IMG/VR virus record: IMGVR_UViG_3300031170_000001
Span: 5,977-69,976 of that record
DNA: 64,000 bases
Origin: a virus
Taxonomy: Duplodnaviria; Caudoviricetes
Strand: one strand, 5' to 3'
Shown here: positions 46,101 through 54,542 of the stretch, piece after piece
How positions within the stretch are numbered: the first letter of the stretch is position 1
How the letters are laid out: each line of letters begins with the position of its first letter
The notes under the pieces: generated by a model
What the model saw: the letters and a program-made list of their open reading frames with translations, nothing else
The model's database searches: none
Told to the model about the DNA's origin: nothing
Program-made: the position numbers and the translations under genes

Positions 46101-46341
46101 CATTCTGTGTGGTATCGCTGAATATACCTATCCAACCAAAGTCCGCGTAAGCATGAAGCCCATTAACATTGTCACTGCCGACAATCAGATCGCCGCTCAA
46201 CGTCCCGCCGGTCAGCGGCAAGTATGAAGGGCCGACACCCGTGGCGACCATCCAGTAGGAGCCGTTCCAGATGTAGGCGACGCCATTGGCGGCCAAAAAC
46301 TGCTGGTTGAGCGAAGGCGCGGCCGGGAAATCTAAAGGCAT
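43150..46341 (-). CDS. Tail fibre/spike with C-terminal intramolecular chaperone (S74-like)
   Basis: MPLDFPAAP..YIWNG.YW N-terminus; YLPLTGGT; INTS.RD.K...HFGYVAED...LRYDEL. Confidence 0.88.
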   Translation of the reverse strand: MPLDFPAAPSLNQQFLAANGVAYIWNGSYWMVATGVGPSYLPLTGGTLSGDLIVGSDNVNGLHAYADFGWIGIFSDTTQNEAALELTISDAPANKKVWVIETRASATGGGIPANALSFQARGDDYSPIGPNWIFNRDGSTSFPDKVELIAPAISDTAGLWWNNSQYIANYRFWRMYQTQGDLWLSSRNDDLIGTPTNFIFNRFGGMNMFGPLLVGSPYGGSNAQPAIRANVTWNDGAVDFAAYALDLTNTASGAGSKLIRLNVGGATVFSVDTSGSMIAKTGRFSAIDGALILGGSGATKGIRIFADAVGAMIEGVDHTLGLSYQPLSFAGTIINFNSPISAGTARFSGAIEANNMSPTMVFQGDIDGAKWLTTLGGYRFSWLNDAVGLPVADTGSVAYNGRTYYPRMFVDANANLKVGDWILAKRAAFDSPALGQVLNDTMVPLRLQTNDGNIENLTFYLKRVVAGNDWSKTRVEIERTVDGNEGGHIYWQGGEIGFGWNTYPRGIGLGSNGYVNFANGASYVGPDGSFNGPSVVVTNGITVGGVSTGRISMADGGANTGYMAFWTPANVRRGYIGFGGAAGGLSYVLDTAPGNHVFAGGPIDALAGLLVTGPLTLQPNIQPNEGGEIQFVSASSGTHNATFDAFQNTLRMFSTNKTTAGNVGLWDMEMATAATTFYGEVNTINTYKLNGQPVLIREAGDYTALRAPLSAVNNLTMGNTVNPTSYYTNAVHMFRALDQADIFGQFTTDGLISKAVILRGNTNGALTQIFLENLSTGDNAGSRILFNLNNVANAYGLVELNNNGPTEPPMMNYFIGAGGVGHAFNQSMWVNGGWDTRPAMTVYGGGATSPNPSTTTGLSATLRIHTDNVAPGTGGMILFGMQGGTGYAAIKGQGVNGANNTQGQLVFATRRVDTDATLTQAMAINYDGNTLFNGVACPAADGAYTLGAAGNRWSVVYAVSATINTSGRDTKTELSGPTDAERRAAARIKSIGTTRYKFRDAVEKKGDKARYHFGYVAEDIRDALAAEGLDPWAYGMLCSDEIEGGQHRLGLRYDELYAFLSST

Positions 46342-46348
46342 GGCTCAC

Positions 46349-47023
46349 CTATGATGCGTAGAAAATGATGCGGACGCGGCCAATGGAGCCGACCGGATTA
46401 GTGGCAACGGTGTTGTTGCCACCACCACCTCCCGGTGCCGTGCCCGCCGCGCCCGTGCCGCCGCCGTTACCCCCGGCCATGGTGGGCGAACTGAGCCCGG
46501 TCGTATCGGTGCCGCCGGTCTGGCCACTCGCCGCTGTCGTCGCTCCTGAGCCGCCACCACCCGGCGAGTTGTTGCCGGTCGTGCCGTTGCCGCCATTGCG
46601 TATGGTAGCACCAACGCCACCTGCGGTGCTGCCGATGCCTGCCGTTGACGCCGCCGCGTTGGTGCCGCCTCTGGCGCGGCATCCTGTCGTTGCGACCGTA
46701 GGCACTGCGTTGGTCGTATTGACCCAACTATCGTTGCCGCCGCCGATGGCACCGACCGAGTAGAAAATCGTATTACCAACCGACGTAGCGATCTTGGCGT
46801 TGCTGATGGCGTACTGCCCGCCACCACCACCCGCCCGCTGACCCGTCGTGGCACTGCCGAAGCCGTTGCCCCCCGAGCCAATCGCCTCTGCGGTGAACAC
46901 GGTCGCCCCCGCAGGCACGGTGACGCTGCCTGCCCCCGCCGTCTGGATGAGATCGACGCGCACCGGGGCGGCACCCGCCGCGCCGGTATTGTTGGCCAGC
47001 AGAATGGCTGCCCCCGCACTCAC
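46349..47023 (-). CDS. Glycine-rich tail-associated protein
   Basis: GTG 47023 overlaps the fibre stop; TAGAGSVTVPAG..GGGG..G.VRIIFY. Confidence 0.7.
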   Translation of the reverse strand: MSAGAAILLANNTGAAGAAPVRVDLIQTAGAGSVTVPAGATVFTAEAIGSGGNGFGSATTGQRAGGGGGQYAISNAKIATSVGNTIFYSVGAIGGGNDSWVNTTNAVPTVATTGCRARGGTNAAASTAGIGSTAGGVGATIRNGGNGTTGNNSPGGGGSGATTAASGQTGGTDTTGLSSPTMAGGNGGGTGAAGTAPGGGGGNNTVATNPVGSIGRVRIIFYAS

Positions 47024-50000
47024 GTAAGGCCCGTTCCGGAAAGCACCCAGCGGGTAGCCGTGACCTTCACCGCTGTCGCCACGCCGTACTGAGCCAGCGT
47101 GCGATTGCCCGTCGTGCCCGCAGGCGACCACACCATCGTATCGCCGCAGATGATCGTCACGGCATTGGTGCTGTCATTGATGAAGGTTATCGTTGAGCCA
47201 ATCTGGTAAGCGACCGTGGCGTTGGCCGGGATCGTCCAGTTGGCCGCCGCTGCCGCTGCGGGATGATAGACGCTGCCGCCCGCATCACTAAGGACCGTCG
47301 AATAAGTGCCGGTCTGCGAGGTTTGGGCGAGGGTAGCAATCTCGGCTTGGACGTAGGCCGTCGTCGCAATCGACGTGTCGTTGTCGCCAATCGCAGGCGT
47401 GGGCGCTGTCGGGTTGCCGCTCAACGCAGGCGAAGCCGCCGTCACATAGCCCTGCGCCTTGACGAAAGCTGTCGTTGCGACCGTCGTGTCATTGTCGGCG
47501 GTAGCTGGCGTTGCCGCAGTAATTTCACCGGAGAAAGCTGCCGTGGTGCCGGTCAGCGCACCGCTGAATGTCGCCGCCATGTTGTCAGCTAAGCTGAACA
47601 TCACCGTTCCGGCATTGTTCAAAATTTCGAGCTTGGTGGCGTTGTGGCGGATGTACTTGTTGGTGCTGTCGCCTAGTGTCTGAAATTGAATTGTGGGAAA
47701 TGCACCTCGTAAAACCATACCACCATCAGCGGTAATTGAGCCGCTGATGGTTAAATTACCAAGCATCGACACGTTGCCGGTCGAGAACTCGTGGATGTAT
47801 CCCAAATCGGCGTTGTACGACACTTTGCCGGGATTGAAGCCGATATAGCCCAGACGGACCTCTCCGGGGGCCATGAGGGCAAGGTAGCCGGGATGCGTGG
47901 CATCGCCGCCCTGTATGAAGGCCCGGCCACCGCCAGAAGATGGAGTGCCCGCACTGACGAAACTGGTGAAAGTCGCATCCGTGCCAACCAACGCATGATA
48001 AAACTGCGAATAGGTGTCGTTGACCGAAAACTTGTTGACGCTGTTGATCCAGAAATTGATGGGATCGACGGTGAGGGTTTGGAGGTTGATCGCGGCGTTG
48101 GAGAGCAGGCTGCCGCCCGCTCCATACGTAACCAGACGCAAGTCGAAGTCTTCCGTGCTGGGGCTGACCAGATCGATGTAGGCCCCGCTGGGGCCGGTGA
48201 CTTGCAATTCGCCAAAGCCCGACGAGGCGACGATATCGACAACGCCGCGCAGGGTCGTTGAGCCGTTGACGAAAAAGTCTCCCGTGATGGTGTTGCTGCT
48301 GCTGCCACCGCCGCCAACCGCTGGCGCAGCAGGAATCCATTGAACCGAATTTCCGTCGTTATAATAAACGTAAAGCTGCCCGCCGCCGGTCACGGCATCG
48401 CTGTTCCACCAAAGCTGATCGATCACCGGGGCTGGCGGGGGTGCCGGGCCGACGAAGAAGATAGCGCCCGTGCCGCTGCCGCCACCGGCATGCTCAAGCA
48501 CCCATGCCGCCGTCACCAGTTCCGTGCCCAGTGCGCCCACCGGGGGTGTCACGCCAAGGGCGACACCGGGAAATTGCGTGGTGCCGTTGCGATAGAACGA
48601 CCACGTAGCCTGAACGGCATCACCGTCGCTTCTGTGCCTGATGACCAACGCACCTTGATCGGTGTCAGCAATGTATATCTGCGATGCCTTCTGATCCACC
48701 GCTGAGTAAGTCGATACAAGGTCCATACCGGCCCAGCCGGTAAGGTTGAGCCACGACGCCTGCACATAGCCAGTGTCGTAACCCGGCCCAATAACAACAC
48801 CCGGTCCAGCCTCACCGGGGAATGTCACCGTGCCCAAACGCCCGAAGACATACTTCGACTGTATGTTAAACAGGTCGTTGTGGTGAAACAGGACGGTATC
48901 GCCGTTCTCGGTACGCCACGATGACCGCTTCTGATCGACGGCTCCATCTGTCTTGTAGAAGGCAAACAGTGGATTTGTGCCTTGGGCCGTATAGTCGGCG
49001 GCCTGTATGTAGCCCTCAGTAACAAACGAAAGCGTGTAGCCATTCAGCGCATTGAGCGCGCCGGGCAAGGTCAGGATGCCCGAGCGGGAAAAAGTCCACA
49101 ACGCCAGCGGGTTTCCCGCGCTTTCGGGATTGGCCTGCAAGCGCAAGGACTGATCAGTTGACCAGCCGCGCAGGGACCAGTTTTTACGGTCAACGGGTGC
49201 GCCCGTGATGATCCAGTTGACCATCGGATCATCGTTGTCATAGAGCGAGAGATGGCCGCCGGTCTGGGCAATCTCCACCCGGCCTTCTGTCGGATTGTTG
49301 ATGATGACCGGGCCAATCGGCCCGCCCGTGATCGGCACATAACCGGCAAGCTGAGACACCAGCGCCACCGTGCCGGTCGCAGCGGGCCACGTAATGACAA
49401 CGCTGCCGGAAACGGCAGCAGCCTGAATCTGGGCGGTGCCGGACGTTGCGCCGTAATAGACAGTCTGCCGGTTGCTATTGATGGCAAACAGATTTTTGTT
49501 GCCTGCCGTATTGGCGAATACATGGCTGTCAAAATTGCTGCTACGAAGCGTGACGCCGACACCAGACTCAAGCAGCGTTCCAAACAAGGACCATCCCAAT
49601 TCTCTGGTGACACGGACAGGTCCGGCGTCCTGTTGAATGATCTGGCTGCCCCCTCCCGTATCGATATTGGCGAAGATGACCTTTGAGGAACTCGCGACAT
49701 TAGCAGCAACATCGAAGATGGCAGTCGGGGCGCGGCCAATGCCCAAAGGCCCGGTGAGCGTGCCGCCGCTCAACGGCAGGAATCCCCCAAGGCCGCCAAG
49801 TCCCGACGTGACAAACTCCGTCGTCGCCAGCTTGAGCGTGCTGTCCCCTACCGGGGGTGTCGGGGCGATGGGATAGGTGATGAAGCTGACGATGCGGTTG
49901 GAGGAAATCCGCATCGCTTCCGTAGGTCCAAAGCCGCCCACCGGAGTAACCATGAACTCCAGCCGGGACGGAATGAGCCCATACGTTTCAGCCGTACCCG

Positions 50001-51399
50001 GAGTGACCGTAGCATCCACTCTGGCCCGCATGCTGGCGCTCTCGGTAAACTGAACGCCGTCGCTGCCATCGAAGGAAATGATGCCCATCGTGTCCCCGAC
50101 ATTGAGGACACCGGGGGCTCCGATTGTCGTGTTACGCGACGTGCCCATGACGATAACCGGCCCGGCTTGGGAAGCCGTGTACCGATACATGGACAAGGTG
50201 GTGCTTGTCGTAGGCGAGTTTACAATCTGGAGCGATCCATACGTGCCCTGACCTTGGGCCTGACCGATAATGCGCGCGGTGTAGCCGCCAATCGTTGCGT
50301 AGTTGGAGATGTTGGCAATCGTGCCGTTGATCACCGTGCCGGTGAGCGAGCCGGGAAATACCGTGCTGCCGTCACGATGGAAATACCAGCCCTTCTGGAC
50401 GGTTACGGCAGCGGCATCGGTAAGTGCCTCAATGGCAAAAGAACCACTGCCGGGAGTAGAATTGCGGGGTTGAACGAGCCAAGACTTCGCATCTACCGGA
50501 TTGTCGATGATCCTGAAATGAAAGCCGCGCGCAAGGTTGGCTCTGGAATACGAAGTAAACGATCCGTCTTGCCAGACATGCGAGCCCGCACCGGGATTGG
50601 GCCAGTTGTAATGAACATGCAAATCGCTCTGCATCGTCAGGCCGCCGAAACGGTCCCACGCCGACGAATAGAACGGCACGCCTGCGTCGTTGACCGCGCC
50701 TAGCTCAAAAAAGCCATCGCCGTCTCGAACCCGCGTCGCCCATTTTTTCTGGTTGGCCGGATTGCTGGTGTTTGAATAGTTGAGCGTGGGCACCGAGAGG
50801 GCAGTGATGTTGATTTTCGCCGCCGTGATCGAGGCGTCGTCCGGCTCCATGTGAATGACCGAGCCCACCCACAGATCGCCGCTGACCGTGCCGCCGGTCA
50901 GCGGCAAGTAAGCCCCGGTAATCTCGGTGGCGATGGCCGCCGCCACGTAGGCCGTGGTCGCAACGGTCGTGTCGTTATCGGGATAGGGCACGGTCGGTGC
51001 CGTCACCGCCCCGGTGAAGTGGGCGTTGTTGCCGGTAAGGGTGTCGCTGTAGGTGATGTCACCCGTGATTTCGAGCCCGGTGGACGAGAAGTCGGCAACC
51101 TCGATGCCGTTGATGGTGACGTTTACGTGGCCCGGCCCTTCGCTATAGAAGCCGTCGTCATTCAGGATGTCGCCAAAGTAGATCGCCGGGGCCGTGACCG
51201 TGCCGGGGTCCAGCCCAATCGCCTGCCCGTTGAGCCAGATCGCCCGCCCGGTAAAAGTAGGATTGTTGAGGATCGGGTTGTCGGCAAACACCAACGCGCC
51301 GCGTCCCGTCGTGGGATACGGAGCGCCCCTCTGGTCGCTAATGCGGACGGGGGTGCCGCCTTGAACGACAAGGGTGACGTACTGCGGGGCAGTGGTCAT
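47020..51399 (-). CDS. Long modular tail fibre
   Basis: 1459 aa; YLPLTGGT and DNDTTVATTAFV repeats; five approximately 55-aa beta modules. Confidence 0.85.
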   Translation of the reverse strand: MTTAPQYVTLVVQGGTPVRISDQRGAPYPTTGRGALVFADNPILNNPTFTGRAIWLNGQAIGLDPGTVTAPAIYFGDILNDDGFYSEGPGHVNVTINGIEVADFSSTGLEITGDITYSDTLTGNNAHFTGAVTAPTVPYPDNDTTVATTAYVAAAIATEITGAYLPLTGGTVSGDLWVGSVIHMEPDDASITAAKINITALSVPTLNYSNTSNPANQKKWATRVRDGDGFFELGAVNDAGVPFYSSAWDRFGGLTMQSDLHVHYNWPNPGAGSHVWQDGSFTSYSRANLARGFHFRIIDNPVDAKSWLVQPRNSTPGSGSFAIEALTDAAAVTVQKGWYFHRDGSTVFPGSLTGTVINGTIANISNYATIGGYTARIIGQAQGQGTYGSLQIVNSPTTSTTLSMYRYTASQAGPVIVMGTSRNTTIGAPGVLNVGDTMGIISFDGSDGVQFTESASMRARVDATVTPGTAETYGLIPSRLEFMVTPVGGFGPTEAMRISSNRIVSFITYPIAPTPPVGDSTLKLATTEFVTSGLGGLGGFLPLSGGTLTGPLGIGRAPTAIFDVAANVASSSKVIFANIDTGGGSQIIQQDAGPVRVTRELGWSLFGTLLESGVGVTLRSSNFDSHVFANTAGNKNLFAINSNRQTVYYGATSGTAQIQAAAVSGSVVITWPAATGTVALVSQLAGYVPITGGPIGPVIINNPTEGRVEIAQTGGHLSLYDNDDPMVNWIITGAPVDRKNWSLRGWSTDQSLRLQANPESAGNPLALWTFSRSGILTLPGALNALNGYTLSFVTEGYIQAADYTAQGTNPLFAFYKTDGAVDQKRSSWRTENGDTVLFHHNDLFNIQSKYVFGRLGTVTFPGEAGPGVVIGPGYDTGYVQASWLNLTGWAGMDLVSTYSAVDQKASQIYIADTDQGALVIRHRSDGDAVQATWSFYRNGTTQFPGVALGVTPPVGALGTELVTAAWVLEHAGGGSGTGAIFFVGPAPPPAPVIDQLWWNSDAVTGGGQLYVYYNDGNSVQWIPAAPAVGGGGSSSNTITGDFFVNGSTTLRGVVDIVASSGFGELQVTGPSGAYIDLVSPSTEDFDLRLVTYGAGGSLLSNAAINLQTLTVDPINFWINSVNKFSVNDTYSQFYHALVGTDATFTSFVSAGTPSSGGGRAFIQGGDATHPGYLALMAPGEVRLGYIGFNPGKVSYNADLGYIHEFSTGNVSMLGNLTISGSITADGGMVLRGAFPTIQFQTLGDSTNKYIRHNATKLEILNNAGTVMFSLADNMAATFSGALTGTTAAFSGEITAATPATADNDTTVATTAFVKAQGYVTAASPALSGNPTAPTPAIGDNDTSIATTAYVQAEIATLAQTSQTGTYSTVLSDAGGSVYHPAAAAAANWTIPANATVAYQIGSTITFINDSTNAVTIICGDTMVWSPAGTTGNRTLAQYGVATAVKVTATRWVLSGTGLT

Positions 51400-51410
51400 G
51401 TATTGATCCC

Positions 51411-53633
51411 CTAGGTCTTGATTATCTTATTCATAATGATGGTCGGCTGCACGTTGGTCCGCACGTCCGAAGCCACGTTAGCTGCGTCCGTCACGCCATG
51501 CGCGCCGAAGCTGTTGATGTAGGCGTTGAGGCCCTGACCTTGGGTCCAAGCACCACCATCATGGGTGTGCGCCTGCGCGGCGTAGCCACCGCCACCGAAC
51601 TGCAAGCCACCGACACCGGAACTCTCGCCGCCCGTGGTGAAAGCGACGTACTGCGCGCCCGTCGTGTAGCCGCTGGCGGTATAACCGTAATTGGAGCCGT
51701 TGCCCGCCCAGCCGCCGACACGGACGAAAAATCCACCGAAGTATGAATTGTACTGGACGGCATCTATACCGCCGGGATGACCAAGCGTGTTGGAATCATT
51801 ACCGCCGGGGAAGTAGGCATTACGCAGCCTGCCCGTACCGCCATCCGGCGCGGCGATAACACGACCGCGAAGATCGGGAAGATTGAACGTCGTTGATCCG
51901 TCGCCTGCGCCATAATAGGCACCAATAACGCCAAACAGCGCCGCGTAGGTCGTCCGGCTCACCGCCTGCCCTTGGCACATCAGCCAGCCGGTCGGTGCCG
52001 TGGCCCCGGCATAGTCTATGATGGAGCCGGTCGGGACCATAACGTCAGCCGTAAGCCGCGCCTTCACCCATTCCGTCGAGGCAATTTCTTTGTTGGAACT
52101 GGCCGGGTCCGGCGATCTTCCAATGATGCCCAGTCCGTCGTCCTTGAGAACGAGCAGCGGCGCAGTGTAGGCGTTGTTGATGATGTCGAACTGACCGCCA
52201 ATGGAACGCAGCCACTTGCGCGGCGTGGCGCTATCTCCGAACAGAAGAAGGCCCGCGCCGTTGACGCCCGTTCCCGTCACCTGAAGTATCTGGGTATTGC
52301 CGCTGTTGTCGGTGAACACGCCGCTGGTGCCGCTGAAAGGCTGGTAGACGTTGAGAACACCAGTCTGCGCGTTGACGATGTGAATACCGTTGACGAACGT
52401 ATTGACGGCACCTGAGCCGGAAAGATCGATGGCCCCGGTGGACATAACGGTGCCGCCACTGCCCAGCGTGTAGAGTCGCAAATCGAAGTCGTCGCTTTCC
52501 GGCACCTTCAAATCCAGATAGGCCCCGGTGACGCCGCCAATTTCGATCATGCCGTAGTCGGTGGACGACTTGACCGTCAGGAAGCTGGCGTTGAGCGTTA
52601 CCGGCGTAAAAATCTCAATCCCAGCCCCAGCGATTTGCATGTACGGCGTCGTTTGATCAACTGCACGAAACAGATGGAACGTATTGGTGTAATAGTTTGT
52701 GGCATTGGTGGCATTGCCAACAGTGACGTTGTTGACAGGCGACAACGGCGCGCGGAGCGCCGTGTAGTTGCCGTCCACTTCCGGAAGCAGGACCGGCTGG
52801 CCGTTGAACTGGAAATTGCCTAGGGTATTGACGTTGCTGCTGAAGCTGGCGCTCGTGCCGGTGAGCGTGCCATGGAGGGTCAGATTGCCGGGACCGCTGA
52901 GCGTGCCGCCGGTCAGCGGAAGGTAATTGCCCGGTGCTGCGGTCGTCTCCGATATGGTGAGTATGCGGCCATACGTATCGACTTCAATCGTGAGCGCCTT
53001 ACCGGCACTGCCGTAGATGCCGACAGTCACACCGCTGTTCATCAGCGAAATGGTGCCCTGATTGACCAGCGGATTGGTCGGCGTAATGCTGATGCCGTCG
53101 CCACCCATGATGCTGGTGACTGTGCCCGCACCGGCAAAAACCCAAACGGCATCGATGCCGTTGCTGCCCATGACTGAGCCCGGCGGACCAAGCGGCAGGC
53201 GGGTGTCGGCTTCGCCGTAATACCAGATATCGCCGCGCGTCGTCAGCGGCGAATGGTAGGGACCGTTAAGCTCGCCGGTATAGGTGATGTCACCGTTGAT
53301 GACGATGCCGTCGCCGTTGATATCGACAATCGGCTCGCCGTTGATGCCGATATTGATGTGGCCCGGCCCCGAGCTATAGATGCCGTCGAGATTGTCCTCG
53401 TCGCCAAAGTAGAGCGGCGGATCGGCTACTGATCCGCTATCAAGACCAAGATCGGTGCCGGGGTCCAAGGTGATAGAGCCCTTGAAGACCGCCGAATACA
53501 TGGTCGGGTTGACGTTGAACACCAACGCGCCATGGCCCGTTGTCGGGTATGGCTTGCCCAACTGATCGGCCATACGGATCGGCGTTCCGCCACCGCTGAC
53601 GAGGGTGACGTACTGGATTGGATTGGCGCTCAT
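51411..53633 (-). CDS. Tail fibre with phage tail collar domain
   Basis: PTGSIIDYAGATAPTGWLMCQGQAVSRTTYAALF...FNLPDLRGR. Confidence 0.9.
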   Translation of the reverse strand: MSANPIQYVTLVSGGGTPIRMADQLGKPYPTTGHGALVFNVNPTMYSAVFKGSITLDPGTDLGLDSGSVADPPLYFGDEDNLDGIYSSGPGHINIGINGEPIVDINGDGIVINGDITYTGELNGPYHSPLTTRGDIWYYGEADTRLPLGPPGSVMGSNGIDAVWVFAGAGTVTSIMGGDGISITPTNPLVNQGTISLMNSGVTVGIYGSAGKALTIEVDTYGRILTISETTAAPGNYLPLTGGTLSGPGNLTLHGTLTGTSASFSSNVNTLGNFQFNGQPVLLPEVDGNYTALRAPLSPVNNVTVGNATNATNYYTNTFHLFRAVDQTTPYMQIAGAGIEIFTPVTLNASFLTVKSSTDYGMIEIGGVTGAYLDLKVPESDDFDLRLYTLGSGGTVMSTGAIDLSGSGAVNTFVNGIHIVNAQTGVLNVYQPFSGTSGVFTDNSGNTQILQVTGTGVNGAGLLLFGDSATPRKWLRSIGGQFDIINNAYTAPLLVLKDDGLGIIGRSPDPASSNKEIASTEWVKARLTADVMVPTGSIIDYAGATAPTGWLMCQGQAVSRTTYAALFGVIGAYYGAGDGSTTFNLPDLRGRVIAAPDGGTGRLRNAYFPGGNDSNTLGHPGGIDAVQYNSYFGGFFVRVGGWAGNGSNYGYTASGYTTGAQYVAFTTGGESSGVGGLQFGGGGYAAQAHTHDGGAWTQGQGLNAYINSFGAHGVTDAANVASDVRTNVQPTIIMNKIIKT

Positions 53634-54542
53634 CTAGGCCCCCAACAGGCTACGCAGATAGCGGACGCGACCGCCTTCCGCTTTTTTCTCGGCCGGGGGA
53701 CGACCAACGACCGCTATGTAGTTTTGCGTCTCAGGAGGCAAAAACTCCGCATAATGTCGTCCCGTTTCCTTGGCCTTCTCCAGAGCCCTCTGTACGTTTC
53801 CCGGCCCTGCGTTGTAGGCCGCCGCTGCCAAGATCGGATCGCCAAACGTCTTCAGTTGCGCCTCGTAGTAGGCTTTTCCAAGCGCAAGATTGTAGTCGCG
53901 CGCCTCCGCATCCTTGGCCGGATCGCCAGTCGGGCCGCGATTGAATAGCTCAGGGTTCCATGGCAGTCCCGCCAGCTTGGCGGCTTCCGGAGCCGTGCCC
54001 GGCATGATCTGGGCGATGCCCAGCGCGCCAGCAGGCGACGTGATGATCTTGCCGTTGCTGAAGTGCGTCCCGCCGCTTTCCTGTTTGATCATGTTGCCGA
54101 AGATGCCTTCGGCAGTGCCGGTCAACGTGGTGCCTGAGCCCTTTGCCGCATTGGGATTGGCCGCCACGGCAGCCGCCATCTTCTTGCGTTCTTCCGCCAT
54201 GGCCTGAAGCTGGGCGTCGATGGCGCTCATCCGCTGATTGAAGTCGCCCTTGTCCTCTTTCTGGGACTCCGGGTTGATGATGCCCGCGATGCTCTTGCCG
54301 ATATCGCTAATCTCATGGCTGGCTTCGGTCGGCATCTTCAGCATTTCCGGCTGCGGGATGTCCATGCGCGGCGGCGGCGGCGATTGCAGCATGGTCGATG
54401 GACCGACAGGACGGGCTTCCGGTATGGCAACGGACTTGCCGAACACGCTGGAAGGCGCACGCGCGGCGGCGCGCATCGCGGCAACAGGAACCCCCGCCTC
54501 GCTGGTCGGTGCTTGGTCGAAGAAGTTGCCCCAGCTTTCCAT
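53634..54542 (-). CDS. Virion-associated lytic transglycosylase (SLT domain)
   Basis: QESGG, GALGIAQIMPGT, AAAYNAGPGNV, ETQNY motifs. Confidence 0.9.
   Translation of the reverse strand: MESWGNFFDQAPTSEAGVPVAAMRAAARAPSSVFGKSVAIPEARPVGPSTMLQSPPPPRMDIPQPEMLKMPTEASHEISDIGKSIAGIINPESQKEDKGDFNQRMSAIDAQLQAMAEERKKMAAAVAANPNAAKGSGTTLTGTAEGIFGNMIKQESGGTHFSNGKIITSPAGALGIAQIMPGTAPEAAKLAGLPWNPELFNRGPTGDPAKDAEARDYNLALGKAYYEAQLKTFGDPILAAAAYNAGPGNVQRALEKAKETGRHYAEFLPPETQNYIAVVGRPPAEKKAEGGRVRYLRSLLGA

Noticed and set aside
43150-53633. Diversity-generating retroelement acting on tail fibres or the Ig protein
   Set aside because: No reverse transcriptase; shared modules are diverged at the protein level rather than adenine-specific TR/VR pairs
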